A DNA stretch of 64,000 nt from Gnetum montanum (GCA_015680685.1 MNCI01001941.1:1308-65307); one strand, 5' to 3'; positions 1 through 13,635 are shown, counted from the first letter of the stretch. Numbers and translations are program-made. Notes: generated from the sequence alone by a model not told the origin.

Positions 1-430
1 AAAAAATGAAATGCATAACTCACAGGACCATGACAAAGAGGCTGAAATCTTTATTCTAGCAAGCCATCTTGCAAGCAATCGTTCACGATTTCTTTACAAA
101 GCTCTTCTCAAGACCTTAAGTATGTCTCCGAGTGAGAGCCCAAGTGTGATCCCAATGTCTTCTCAAAAGTGTGATGTATGAGACCCCAATGTGATCTTCT
201 CCTTCCTTTTTTCCCCCTTGACCCCTGAAGCCTTTTTATAGGGTTCAAAGGTAGGTAGGAAAGTTACATATTCAAAAATATCTCACCTAACTTCTCTCCC
301 AAGTAACTTGGCCAACCAATTAGAAGATTACTTGCCCAACAAGTTAGGAGGAAGTTATGTAGTTGGGGAGTTAGGAAGTTATACATAAAATTAGGAGAAT
401 TTTATGCTAACTTTAATATTTATATTAAAT
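1..430 (-). mobile_element. Truncated LTR-like remnant
   Basis: Minus-strand TATA-like CCCTATAAAAAGG (~231-243), CT-rich tract and short repeated AAGTTA/TAACTT motifs, as in plant LTR U3/R regions. No partner LTR in the window. Confidence 0.35.
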
Positions 431-601
431 GTAATTAATGTTTATATTAAATGTAATGTGATATTACAAATAAATATTTTAAATATCAATATTGCAAATA
501 TTTTTATGGATAGTAATTTATATATAATAACGTTTTAAAATAATATTTATGACTTGGGATAATTAAAGGCAAATTTTTAAACCAAGGCTTCACACTATGG
601 G

Positions 602-634
602 TATATATCTATCTATATATATATGTATATATAT
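602..634. repeat. Imperfect (TA)n microsatellite
   Basis: tatatatctatctatatatatatgtatatatat within an AT-rich stretch. Confidence 0.8.
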
Positions 635-689
635 GTTGGTTAATTTGGTTAATTTGTGATTATTTTAAAATTTTATTTGATAAACTGCA

Positions 690-1545
690 ACTCCGATTTA
701 CCAGCATCGGCCAAAAATATCTCATGACACTTGTCTTGATGTGCCTCTGTGCCTTTGTTGCCGTATTCATCGGACTGGTATGCGATATCGAATGCATCGG
801 CATTGGGCGTGGCTACTGTTTTGGAAGGTAGGTTCCAGGAGGAGTGAATGACGTACCGCCTAAAATTTTGAAATGAGTCCTTCGGAAGGAAAAACCCCTA
901 TTTGGCAAGGAAATAACCTACACAAATTATTGGAAGTTACAGGGACGAGCTAGAAACGCGCCCTTCGTTGGAACTAATTTTTTGCAGCCTTTGTTTTCAG
1001 CCCATGGATTTTGCAGTGAAATCACAGCCAAACCTTTACGTGGGATGAAGGTGATCATTTTTGCAAATGTGCACGGAATAATAAGGATCAGAATGTTAAA
1101 ACACAGGTTCAGATTTGAGGGTTTGGGCCTGATCTTCTGGGTGATTTTTTTTATTCCGGGGTTTGAATCTATAGAATTGCAGGAGTGTTTGTACATACTA
1201 TCCCCGACCAGAGCCTCCCAGCATCCACTTTGAAGTTCACATCCTAAACAACATCGGCGTTGGCAGCGACAAAGAAGTAGACCCATTGGCTGCGTTCATG
1301 GTAGGAAGAAAAGGAAAAACGAATGCCTTGAATGCCAGATGGGTGGTTTATGCTGCCACCAAGACCATCGACACCGATCAGAGCCATTTCAGAGCCATTT
1401 CAAGAAAAATCCTGATAATAATCCAGTTGTGCCCGATATTTGCGGATTGAGAAGAACACTTCTATTGCCGCGCTGACTGTTTTGGAAAATGACGCTTCCC
1501 GGCAGAGTATTTTTGCAAGGCAGGGTCAACCGTGAACTAAATAAT
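690..1545. other. CpG-retaining island (likely unmethylated genic or regulatory DNA)
   Basis: About 30 CpG in ~850 bp by hand count, whereas the next ~30 kb has very few. No retroelement motifs recognised. Confidence 0.6.
724..1450 (+). CDS. Candidate 2-exon small protein (123 aa; exons 724-827 and 1183-1450)
   Basis: ATG at 724 gives hydrophobic MTLVLMCLCAFVAVFIGLVC. The donor AG|gtaggt (828) and acceptor ttgcag|G (1182) are phase-compatible. Exon 2 reads SVCTYYPRPEPPSIHFEVHILNNIGVGSDKEVDPLAAF to TGA at 1448-1450. No family recognised. Confidence 0.2.
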
Positions 1546-1574
1546 GGTTAACAAGGATTTTTAATTTTTAATTT

Positions 1575-2487
1575 TCAACTCCAATTTCCTCCTTTCATTC
1601 TTTGCCAGTACCCATATGATCGATTCCTGAACATATTTCTGACAATGAAAAATTCCTTGCTTGTTAATTCATTCTTTATTGCCACATTATCTCTTGCAAT
1701 CTTTATTCCTTGTTGTGCATCATTATTTCCACCAATAATATTATGGTCTCCCTTAGATCTCATACCAATGGTATGAAATAACACACTTTCACTCTCCCAT
1801 TCTTTCAATAACATTTAAAATGAGTCTTACTGTTCCATGAAATGGCCAAATGTGCCAACACTATTCTTCATTCATATTACAAGAAAGGCCCTTGGCTTCT
1901 ATTTATATCTTGATGAGTGAAGAGTATTTGCAACTCCTTCTCATGTAGGACTAACTTTTATTCTCTTCCTTTTATCTTTTTATCATAAAAATATGCTTTC
2001 CTAAGGTTTTCTAGCTATTTTCTTCTATATTTCATTGGCTTTTAGCCTTCATTAATACATAACTTCTGAACATAAAAACTCTAACTACTTAACTTTGGAG
2101 AGATTGAGAAAATAATAAATATAAAGTTGGAAATTGTCCAAAATCTTGACATAAGGACTCTTCTCTTGTTAGTGTTGCACCCCCATAAGGCTAGTAGTAT
2201 ATCCAAAACCATACTATCTAATAGCCTTGCAATCCATTTATGCATTTCATGTTCTAACTTCTCTATGTATTGCACATAAAAAATGCCATTTTTTATAATG
2301 GTCCTTACACCCAACACCTAGAAAACTAAAATTTTTATTTCAAAAGAAAAATATGTGCAATGCACAATAGTGTAAATGGTGCAACATATTATTTTCACCC
2401 TCCTTTCTTCAAATTCCTTAAGATCTATGTTCTTCTTTTCTCCCCTTTCTTTACTAATCTATGATAATAAACAATGCAAACATGGCC
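1575..2487 (-). pseudogene. Decayed coding-like segment, probably the continuation of element D's antisense ORF beyond the CRM insertion
   Basis: Minus-strand ORF fragments (1575-1814, 2081-2317) and acceptor-like ttttctag sites. Contiguous with 14486-14864 once the CRM element and its TSD are removed. Confidence 0.3.
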
Positions 2488-2492
2488 CTATG

Positions 2493-3074
2493 TCATGATG
2501 ATCTCCCTTGAATTTCATAATCCAAGATCTCTGAATTCAAAAAATAAGCCAATTTAAATAAGAAAAAAAGGAAAAATATTTATTCTTGCACAAAATGAGA
2601 ATTTACAACAAAAAGAAAGCACATGCTCCCTGAGATAGACAAGAGATTTAATAAAATCCTCACATAACACTTAATCAAAGTAGTCACACACACACAAGAA
2701 TGATAACCAAGGTAATTAGCCAAGACTATCTCTCTCTCAACTTAGCTCCTAAGCTTTCTCTATCTCCCCCTAGACTTCTTTTAACCAATATGAAGGCTCA
2801 AGAGCTCTATTTATACTTTTCCCCTTATCTCTTCATCTTTCCTACCTCTTAAATTCATAATTTGAATCATTAAAAATTTGCACAAAAATGTCTCATGTTT
2901 GTCTAAGATGTCTTGGAGGAAAGTGAAATATCCTAAGTAAAATTTGAGAATTTTTAGATGAAACATCTTGGATCAAATGGGTACATCTTTCTAAAAGCTA
3001 AGAAATCTTGGGGTTTATAGAGATATCTTAAAAGTAGCTAAGACATCTTCAGCACAAAGAATACATCTTCATCA
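2493..3074 (-). repeat. 3' LTR of CRM-like element (shorter copy)
   Basis: Aligns without gaps to 13651 onward (12 mismatches in the first 50 bp). Ends ...cttcatca next to the PPT complement tctctccc. Confidence 0.85.
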
Positions 3075-3887
3075 TCTCTCCCATCATTACAAATTTGAGC
3101 TTGTCCTCAAGTTTGTTGTATACTTAGAATAATATTAAGCCCTCACAAAGCTAAGTATTTCTCATGGATCCAAATGGTATTCTTAGGCCCTTCATCATTC
3201 CAGTGCACCAAGTACTCATGCATGTTTCTACCTCTGATGCTTCTAACCTTCCTTGCTTATATCATAATTACTTTCTTTAGTGGCTTGGTTGAGTTTGATT
3301 CTTCAATTACACCCCTGAATATTTCAAAAATATCCTCCAAGTTTGATGCAATTACATTCCCATAGTATGGGCTCAAATTTGAAACATTAAAAATAAAAGA
3401 AATAGGTAAATCAATTTCATAAGCATTTATATTGATTTTGACCCTGATTTTAAATAGATAAATTCTTCTTGATTTGAGCTTGTAGAAGTGAACATTCTTT
3501 TATCTCTCCTTATTCAAGTAGTTCTAAACATAATCATCAATCTAAAAATTAATTATCCTCTTATCCTCATTAGCCTTCAAAGACATAATCTCTGTCTTTT
3601 TCTCTAAGTGAGACCTAACTTTCTAATGCAATTCTTTCATTTTCTTAACAAAATATGAACTTGAAGAGGCATAATCTTTAATTTTCCTTAACTCATCAAC
3701 CAGTATTAGTGAAAAATCATAGTTTGCCATAAATTGACTCTTACCAATGCTAAAATGCAAAGCATTATTGTATGAGAACTCAACATGGGCCAACATGTTT
3801 TTCCATATTTTGGGCTAATCCTCACACAAACATCCCAATATCTCAATAAAGACCTATTCAAAACTTCAGTTTTCCCATTTTTTTGAG
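3075..3887 (-). pseudogene. pol: CRM integrase C-terminus and chromodomain
   Basis: Minus strand reads AYEIDLP..FNVSNLSPYYG, then HEYLVHWNDEGPKNTIWIHEKYL (chromodomain), then LEDKLKF running into the PPT. Confidence 0.8.
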
Positions 3888-3892
3888 GATGA

Positions 3893-4951
3893 TGCTGACC
3901 TTTTCTTATGTCACAAGCTTAGAGAAAATGGATAATATGGAAATGTGTTTGTAATCTAGCAGGGTCATAAATAAGTAAGAACTTCAGAACAAGAGTTAAA
4001 TTTGAAAATGAGATCTATGTTGAGATGTCATGAGATCTATGTAGAGATGTCATAGAGATGAAGATTACATGGATGAAAACAAAGGCTACAAATCAAATGA
4101 AGATGCTCAAAGGACTAGCAAGAAGGTAAATTGATAGCTCAAAAGTTGAGACATCTCCTAAACATAGTAGACGTATACATTCTAGAATTGACATCTCCCT
4201 AGAGATGTTCCAATCTAAAAGGAGATGTCTCCCCAAAGTTGAAGTTGATTTTAGAAAGACATTCCAATATTGAAGGAGACATCTACGCTAGCTATTAGAT
4301 AGCAATCACACAAATTTCAAGGTGTTTTTGGAAACTCGAATGCTATAAGAAGACTTCAAACTCTTGGGAATTATGCAAGAGTTGTCAACATCAAAGCAGT
4401 CATTATCTATTCTATTCTCTTGTACTTGTGTACTTCATTTGTCATATCATTTTCTTAATTATTTGTAGAGTTTTATTTCATTATACAAGGAACCTGTAAA
4501 TTGACTTACATTCTTTCATTGTAATTTCTTTTGTTTTTTTGCTACCCTAAGGGATTGATGTGCTTCTTGTGAGAAGGCATCCTTTTAAAGCTTGTCAGGA
4601 TCCTATAAGATTGAGTTTTTTTGCTACATCAAAATAATCTAGAGTAGAGTCCTATTTTTTATAGGTTATGGGATCATTTAAACCACTCTTGAACTTGTTG
4701 GAACCTTACGGAATTAAGAGTTATCACAACAACGAAACTCTGCTTAGTAGAGCTCAAACATTATATGGGTTGTGGTGTTCTCTAAGCCATATTTTGGAAG
4801 GAATAAAATTTTGAGGTGTACAAGGAATCTACCCTCCAAGTGTGGAGTACCCAAGTTGGGAAACCATGTAATTATTATGTTTTTTGTAATAGGTGTTTCT
4901 TGCAATTTTGGAAACTTATTCATCCTCCCCCTTCTAAGTTCTTAGTCCTCA
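3893..4951 (+). repeat. 5' LTR of SIRE-like element
   Basis: TG...CA ends; collinear with 8584-9616. Confidence 0.9.
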
Positions 4952-4953
4952 AG

Positions 4954-4965
4954 TGGTATCAGAGC
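4954..4965 (+). promoter_or_regulatory. Primer-binding site, tRNA-iMet
   Basis: TGGTATCAGAGC, 2 nt after the LTR end. Confidence 0.95.
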
Positions 4966-5007
4966 CTAGTACTCCTGGTTTCAAGTGTAACATCTTGGGA
5001 GTGAACA

Positions 5008-6270
5008 ATGGAAGGAGAATCATACATCAAGTCATCAATGTTCAATGGGATCACCTTTACATGCTAGAAAACTCAAATGCAAAAATTATTTAAGTACGTG
5101 AGGTTCATAGGTTTGGTATTCATCTTGGATGGATGCACTCAACTCATCAACAGCATTTTAGGCAACAAATGTAAGAGTAGAAGTAAGCAATATAAACTTT
5201 CAAATTTTGATACTTTTTCTATGGAATGCTAGGTATGTAGTGGAAGAGGTCATATGGCCTCCAAATGTCCCAATGCTTACAAGTTTCAAGAGAAAGAGTA
5301 TAGTGAAGAAAGGAGAAGAAGTAACATCCATACAAGCTAGGATGAAAATACAAAATATCTACACTAGCTAGGATGATGGAGACCAAAGCGAGATCAAGGA
5401 TGAAGCAAAATATTCACATCTCATTTGTATGGCTCTCATAGATGATGACGCTAGCCTCCCAGATGATGATCAATTTGAACATGAGGAGGAGAGGTATGAC
5501 TTATTGTGTAAGGAACTTCTATATTTTCAAGCCTTTGTATGAAGTTGAATAAGCAAATAAAAACCAAGTATCAAGACATTTCTTCATTAAATATAATGAT
5601 TTTAGATTTCACAAAAAATATCTCAGACCTAAGGGCTTAGAATAAAAACCTAACCCTATCTCATAAGCAGATTAAGAAAGAACTTCATATGATAAACTTG
5701 TAAATGAGAGGCTGCTCAAAGGAAAATATTCTCTTTGAATAGTTCTTGCACAAGGAAGGAGTCCAAATGATAAAAGAGGACTAGGATGTTGCCAACAAGA
5801 ACAAGTATCCACAACAACCTCAACTGAATAAGAGACCACTTCAAAAATTAAGGTAACTACTAGTACTACAAGTAACCAAAGGGTAACTCCAAGGTTTGAT
5901 CAATTTAACCAAAATAAAAAGGTTAGATGTTATTACTATAATAGGTTTTGGCAGAATCAATGTAATTACATCTTAAAATATTATCACATGAATATGTGGT
6001 CATATCATAAGACTCCTTAGTCTTACCCAAATGAACCTAGAAAGGAAATCTTGCAGGGGAAAAATGGACAAAGGGCAAATCAAAAAGGTAAAAAAAACAA
6101 AAAGGTGTGGAGAATTAAGAGAAAAGAAGAAAGTGAAAGAACTCTCAACAATTTTGTTAAATGAAAAAAGACATTAGAAATAAATGAAATTGATTTAACA
6201 AGAAAAACTTCATAGGAGGAACCTCAAGTCCAATCTCCTTAGACCTCTTGATCTCCATTAACAAGAAAGG
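5008..6270 (+). pseudogene. gag: Decayed SIRE-like gag
   Basis: MEGESYIKSSMFNGITFTC*KTQM; CCHC knuckle C*VCSGRGHMASKCP (5227-5271); HLICMAL; coiled coil; SPNDKRGLG; KKVWRIK. Confidence 0.7.
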
Positions 6271-8569
6271 TAAGTAATGGTAAGTATAGTTATAATCATT
6301 ATACCTTGACTTGATGGCATTAGACTAGATTAGTTTATTTTTATGGTTGAATAGAAGCTTGTGCTACTTTTAAAGTTTTTATTGATAAATCATCTTTTGG
6401 GTTCTTAACTAGAATGTATTGGTTTCAATTAGTTAAAAACCCTTGGCTATAATTCATGGAGCAAAAGCTTTTTGTTGAACATTCATTATTGTTTAAACAT
6501 ATATGTCTTCTATTCCATATGATATGGCATTATTGCTTTCCTCTAAAATCATAAAGTCCAATTGCTTTTAGAAGATTTTTGATGTATGATAATTGAAGCA
6601 TTTGTATTGGTACCTTTAATATAATTCATGTAAAGAAACATCAAAAGGAATTCCTTGATCATATGAATTATTTACTATCTTTATCATAAGATAATACTAA
6701 TGAAAGGTCTTTCTTTCAAAAGTCTCTAAACTTGATCTTGATGTAGCACTCTAGATTTATGGAAACTTCACCTAGTCCCTTGTGTAATTCTCAATTAATG
6801 TGTGATGTTTAAGTCTATTTTCTTGTGTTGATTTTCTTTTGATGATTTCAAGGCATTTTTCCATGTTTGGAGCTTTTTTAGACTTATTTTGATGAGTTTA
6901 GAAGGTTCTAGGATTTATGTGGACTTGTTGGAAGGCATCTGAAGGCTCCCAACATCAAAACAAGCATTTTTATTTTTGGCATCTATAGGATTGATGTCTC
7001 TCTCGAAAGATAGACGTCTCCATAGAGCCATCTTCTCTAAAGTGTAGACATCTCAAGACCAAAGTAGATGCCTACCAAAAATAGTAGACATCTCTCTCAA
7101 AAGCATGGCTTTCAGATGAAACAGCTACATGGAACTAGAGACATCTATGTCAACAACAAAAAAGGGAAAGATTTGATGTGTCATTTCAAATGGAAAACAT
7201 CCAAAAGATTTCAAATCCTTATGGGAAACATCTAGGAAGAAATTGCTTGCAATAATCGTTAAAAATATTTACATCTTCATTGTTGAATGATTCACTAATG
7301 GGAGAGACCTTAGTCTTCACACTTGAACCTAGAATTTCTATGCAATATGAAGATCGTAAAAGGCTTAAGGAGAAAATACCAATCTCTCTACATCAAATGT
7401 ATTATGACCAAAAAGACTAAGAAAAAATTCAAGCATGTATGTAAGGGGGAGCCTATACCTCATCAAAAATTATCATCTTGTAGGCCATCAGTGTAGGGGG
7501 AGTCCTTTGAGACTTTTACAAAAAGAGAATCAAGTAGCAAAACTTCATACTCCAACACCCATAGTTAAAAATGTGTAAGAAGAGGAATATTTATTTAAGA
7601 GTATGGTATAATATCCAAGGTAAAAGTATGAGTTAAATTTTGGTCAAGATAACTTTTGGATATTTTACCTTGTGATGTATTTCTTATTGCTGGCATTTAA
7701 AATTGACATGGCTATATACAAATTGCTATATGAACATCTTGTTAAGAATCTGTTTGGTTATTTTTAAGATATTTAGAATGATAAGTTATGTTGCTTTGAC
7801 CTTTCTTGTGAGTATATGATCTAATTCTTTAAAGTTAGATAAACATATATTTACTCTCTTGCCATGGAATTGCTATGCCTTTTTCTATTGTTGAAGCTTC
7901 AAAAAGAGTAGAATATTTAGTGAATATAGAATCATGAAATATTGGTTTATTTGTCACTAATGGGATAATTGGTTTAAAATATAGATTACATGATTCTCAA
8001 TGCTCAAAATTTGGACTTTAGCTTTTGGTTTTAAATACTTTTGGCTTGGCTTAGTTGTGTTTGGATCGGTTGTAGCTCATTAATTTTAACCTTGTGAATA
8101 CATAAGAGGTATCTCTTAATGGAAATTGGTTTGACATCGTCAACCTTATGAAATCAATGTTAAGAGATGTGTACTATTTAACTCATTTTCTTCCTTAGCT
8201 AAATGTTTGTATCTCTATGGGATTGTCATATGATGTTATGAATGTTTATGTTATGGAACCTTTTCTTTCAGATGTTTGAATAGGTGCTTTTCATGATCTC
8301 CTTTTTTTTGATACTATCCAAAAGGGAGGAGAGTTTTTGTGATAATGGTCATGCATACTATATGATGTTGCCCTTTTTATGATATATCTTTAGAGAAAGG
8401 TTTATGTGCATTAATGAACATAAATTTTATTTTTATAATTAATGAAGACAAATTGTATTTTTCTATATATATACACACATGCACACACACAAATGTTTGT
8501 GCTTTTATTAATTATCATATAATGTTATGATATTATGCTCACTCATTTCCTTAAGTTTTGGACATCATA

Positions 8570-8583
8570 AGAAAGGAGGAGAT
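8570..8583 (+). promoter_or_regulatory. Polypurine tract (extra PPT-like copies near 7443, 7494 and 8320)
   Basis: agaaaggaggagat immediately before the 3' LTR. Confidence 0.8.
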
Positions 8584-9616
8584 TTTTGACCCTTTGGTAT
8601 GTCAAAACCTTAGAGAAAATGGAGAATATGGAAATGTGTTTGTAATTTAGTAGGGTTATAAATGAGAAAGGACTTCAGAATAAGAGTTAAGTTTGAAAAC
8701 AAGATCTATGTTGAGGTGTTATGAGATCTACATTGAGATGTCATAGAGATGAAGACTACATGAACAAAAAAAAGACTACAAATCAAATGAAGATTCTTCA
8801 AGGACTAGTAAGAAGGCAAATTGACAACTCAAAAGTTGAGGAGATTTCTCCTAAAAACAATATATGTCTACATTCAAGAATTGACATCTTCCTATAGATG
8901 TCCCAATCTAAAAGGAGACATCTCCCTAGAGTTGAAGTTGATTTTAGAAAGATGTCTCAATATCAAAGGATATGGATACACTAGCTGTTAAATAAATTTT
9001 GAGGTATTTGTAGAAACTCTGATGCTATTAGAAGGCTTCAAACTCTTTGGTATTATGCAAGCATTTTCAACATCAAACCAATCATTGTCTATTTGTGTAC
9101 TTCATTTTTCATAGCATTTACTTGATTGTTTATAGAACTATGCTTCATTGTAGAAGGAACTTGTAAATTAAGTTACACTCTCTCCTTGTAATTGCTTTTC
9201 TTTTCTTGCTACCCTAAGGGATTGATATGCCTCTTGAAATAAAGCATCCTTTTAAAGATTTTTGGAATCCTATAGAATTGAGTTGCTTTGCTATGTCAAA
9301 ATACTCTGGAGTAGAGCTCTATTTTGTATAGGTTGTGTGATGCTTTAAACCACTCTTGAGCTTGTTGGGACCTTGCGAGGTTGAGACTTATCATAGTGCT
9401 GAAACTCTCCTTAGTGGAGCTCAAACTTTTTATAGGTTTTGGTGTCTTCTAAAACACATTTTGAAAGTAACAAAGTCCAAATGTATGCAAGGAATCTACC
9501 CTCCAAGTTTGGAGTATCCAAGTTGGGGAACCACATAATTCTTGTGTTTTGTATAACAAGTGTTTTTTGTGATTTGGGAAACTTATTCATCCCTCCTTCT
9601 AAGTTCTCAGTCCTGA
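8584..9616 (+). repeat. 3' LTR of SIRE-like element
   Basis: Collinear with 3893-4951; followed by TSD GATGA. Confidence 0.9.
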
Positions 9617-9621
9617 GATGA

Positions 9622-12600
9622 TACATTGTAGAAAAAGATAACTTGGTTCCAAGTAATTTCCAAAGTGATCTCTAGAAATGGCTAGTGAATTTAACATTCC
9701 TATCGCTCACAATGCTCAAGGGTATGTCATGTAATCTCATAACAATCTAAAATAATAAATGAGTAACATGAGAAGCATCACTGCTTTTATTACATGGAAT
9801 AAAATGTTCCATCTTAGTAAATTTATCTACCACAAAAAATATGGATTCATGAACAAATTGTATCTTAGGAATTCCATAAATAAATTCCAAAGAAAAGCTT
9901 TCTCAAGAAGCATTTGAAAAGAGTAAAGACAAATAATGACCATAAATACCCTTTCTCAATTTAAACTTTTGACATACATAATATTATTTTATAAATTTAA
10001 CCACATCTCTATACATGCCTAGCCAAAAGTAAATTTTACTTACTAATTCCAATGTCTTTATCTTGCCCATATATGTAGCCATGTCACTTTGATGTTTCTC
10101 TTCAGGAATCTTGGATCTAAATACATATTTTTCCATCCTTGAATTAAATCCCATTCTTTACATGATAAGATTTTCATTTATCAATCATTCCTAGTAATTC
10201 ATAACTTAACTTTTTCCAAATTTTAGAAAAATCATTATTATTAGGGTACAATGAACCAAAAGAGTCAAAACCTTGAATTTCCACATTAGAAGAAATAACA
10301 TGAACTCTAGACAAAGCATCAATCATAACATTAGATTTTTCACTTCTATGTTTCAAAGAAAATGAAACTCTTGTAATTTATCTCCTCATTTCTTATGCTT
10401 AACACTCAATTTCTTTTGAGAATTCAAAAATTGAAGTACTCTATGATCAATGAATAGAATAAAATCTAATCCTAGCAAGTAATGTCTCCAATCTTTAAGA
10501 GCTTGATGTATAGCATATAATTCCTCCTCATATATAGTATACTTTGATCTAGATTCTTTTAATTTTTCAAAAAATAAATCAATTTTCTTACCCTCTTGAG
10601 AAAGCATACCTCTAATAGCAAGTTCACTTGCATTCACTTCGACTTCAAAAAGTTTTAAGAAGTTTGGAATTGCTAAAATTGGACCACTACAAATTTTCTC
10701 CTTCAATGCTTAAAAGGATTTTTCTTTTTAATCTTCCACAAAAGCTTGAAATTTTCTTCAAACAAGATATCATAGGTCATGAAATAGAATTGAATTTTTT
10801 AATAAATCTCCTATAGAAACTATCCAAACCAACAAAAGATCTTACCTCTTCCACATCTCTAGGTGGAGGCCACTCCTTGATTACCTTAATCTTACTTGGT
10901 TCCATCTTAACTTGATTATTGGAGACAACATGACCCAAGTAAATAATTTCATTTTTCATAAAATTTAATTTCTTATCTTTGATCACCAATTTAGCCTCAT
11001 GCAACTTTGAGCATACTAATCTCAAATTTTGCATATTTTCTTCCTCTTAGGAATAGTACAAAAGAATATCATCAAAGAAAACAATGCAAAATTTAATAAT
11101 AAGATCCCTTAGACCCTCATGCATAAGCCTCATGACAGTGGCTAGAGCATAAAAGGCTTGAGTAACAATTTATACAAGCAACTCTTTAAATGAATCTTGG
11201 AAAAAATCTTAACATTTGCAAGTACATTAAGAATGTCATCCATTCTAGGAATAGAAAACCTATACTTAATAATAATCCTATGAACAACCCTGGAACTAAG
11301 ATAGCTAGAATGGCACAAGGAGATATGGATTTCTTTATGAAGCCACTAGAGAATAATTTACGTACTTGTTAAATGGATCTCATTGGTGGAAACCCTTCCA
11401 ATTTTCCCTTAAAAACATTAGTGAATTCCAATGCTAATGGTTGCACTGCTAAAGGAAGATCATTTGAAGGATCCTCTTCACTTGTTACAAGTGTTCACAT
11501 GATGAAAAAACCATGCCTAACCTCTTCATATGCTTATAGATATTCTTTCTCACTTAGCAACATTAATATAGTGTTTGTAGGAACATTTTCCTTATACTAA
11601 TACTAAGTCATAGGGATTAATTTATGTATCTCATCTTCCCTTGATATTGACCAAACATCTCTTACATCATAAAAAAACATTGTTATTAAAATTCCAAGGT
11701 CTTCCTAAAATGAAATTAGCACAATCAACTAGAATAATATCACAATATACTTTATCTTTAAAGGAACCAATCTTGAAAGATAAAATACACTTCTTTTTTA
11801 CTTCTTGAAAATGATCTTTTGAAAGCCAATGAACTCTATAGGGCCTAGGATATAAAAATGTCTTCAAGCCAAGCGTAGCCATAGCCTTATAAGAAATCAC
11901 ATTTTCTTAAGCACCACCATCAATCAAAATGTGTATCCATTTACCACTATCAAGATACCTAGTACTAATCCTAAAGAGAATATTCCTACTAGGATCATCA
12001 TTGACATTCCAATTTTTCATAAAAGTGTAAGAATTATTTTTAGCTACATCTTCAATAATAGGAGCATGATGATTATCTTCATTAGAGAATTCTTCTTTTT
12101 CTAAGGTTTGAAATTTCTTTCCTTTGAAAATATTTGATTTTTTACACTTCCATTAATTGTGTCCCTTTTCACCACAATGGAAGCATTAAAGTTTGGAAGC
12201 ATAGCCATTCCCTAATCTTTCCCTTTCTTAGAGTAGTCTTTCTTGAAATTTTGACCCTTGTTTTACTTCTCTTGCTTCTCATTTTTGTCTTCTTTGGCAT
12301 TTCCATTTTTGGCTCTCTTCTCATCTTTAGAAGATTTGGAGTCCTTTCCCTAAGAGCTTTAGAACATCTATTATAGCCTTTAATTTTCTTGTCAACCTTA
12401 AGAGCTAATTGAAAAGCCTCATCCAATGTTTGGGGCTCATAGAATATTAGCTCTTATTAATACTCCCTCTTGGGTTCCCCTTGAAAGTTTGATGCTTACT
12501 TATAGTCATCCCAATGAGCTTTTTCTAGCTAAAAGCCCTTAAAGAATCCATGTAAAAGTCTTTCATACTCTTATAACCTTATCATAGGTAGTTTAATTTT

Positions 12601-13289
12601 TGGATGGCATCTTATCTATGATGATTCTTCTCAAATTTTTTCTTAAGCATGAACTACATTAGAGACCAATATTTGACAGAAATACCATTATTCACCTTAT
12701 AAGAACGAGTTTTATTATACCATCATACACATGCCATAACTTCCAATTTTGTTTTAGCATATGTCACCTTTTGATGATTCTCCACATCTTTAAGTTCAAA
12801 GTACTTGTTAATCATTTTTAGCCAAGAGATCAAATATTCAATTCCTTCCATGCCATTAAAGGATTTAACTTGAACATGAGGCATTCTTGAAGCATGTTTG
12901 AAAGCCTTAGTAAGAGTAACCTCAATTTGTTCACCTTACCTCCTTTGAGGATTAAAGGAGAGTACTTTCTTCCCTTTCCTAGGAAAGATAAATCCTTAAG
13001 ACTTATTCTTAATACTAGGAGAATGAAGGCATGATATTAATCTTTATCTTCTTTGAAGTCTTTATTTCCAAAAAAAAACATTATCTTCAATGGATGGAAT
13101 TAAGGAATGTATTGAAGGTCTTGATGAAGAATTACTTGAATCATTCACTGGCTTAGATGCTTTTGGTAGAGAAGTATGTCCTTTTTTCTCTTTAAGCTTA
13201 TTAGGTTTCTCAACAATGAGCTTGAAAGTATTTCTCATGTCATCCATGTATTTTAATAAATCTTGAACTATATTCGCCTTTTGAGGCAT
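9622..13289 (-). pseudogene. pol: CRM gag-protease-RT-RNase H-integrase N-terminal part (decayed)
   Basis: ORF fragments 13062-13289, 12169-12426, 11667-11900, 10777-11034, 10386-10706 and 10174-10356 carry gag, PR, RT and RH motifs. Many stops and frameshifts. Confidence 0.9.
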
Positions 13290-13635
13290 GATGAAAAGTT
13301 ATCTAAAAGGAAAATTTCACAAAATACTATAAGGAAAGGTAAAATATTTAAGATTTCTCAAGGAATGAAACAAGGAATGCTTAAATCTTAAGAGAAATGA
13401 GTTCAAGATCTTTAAACCTTAGCTATTATAAGCCAATGAATGTTCAATTCTATAATTATCTTTAAATTCTTTAAAACTATGATAACTTAGGAGTAAAAAG
13501 TGAATTTCTGCAACCGTAAGATGAGTGAAATAAATCATAAGAGAGAATTCACACAAAAATTAATAATTTAAAGTGATTCCTTGCAATTGAGGTGACAATT
13601 ATTCACTTAAATGCAATTGTCTTCAATTTCAAGTT

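Larger units (their letters stand above)
3893..9616 (+). mobile_element. Non-autonomous SIRE/Maximus-like Ty1/copia element (gag remnant only)
   Basis: LTRs 3893-4951 and 8584-9616. Perfect TSD GATGA (3888-3892, 9617-9621). PBS TGGTATCAGAGC. Several PPT-like GGGGGAG/GGAGGAGA tracts. SIRE-type gag motifs. No RT or integrase recognisable. Confidence 0.85.

Noticed and set aside
1150-1225. Helitron Rep-like peptide (SGV*IYRIAGVFVHTIP)
   Set aside because: The resemblance is short and contains a stop; no downstream Rep/helicase motifs or Helitron termini.
2488-2492. Shared target site CTATG for the CRM element and element C
   Set aside because: Only two events from unrelated integrases; the CRM TSD copies differ (ctatg/ctgtg); CTATG is a common decay product here.
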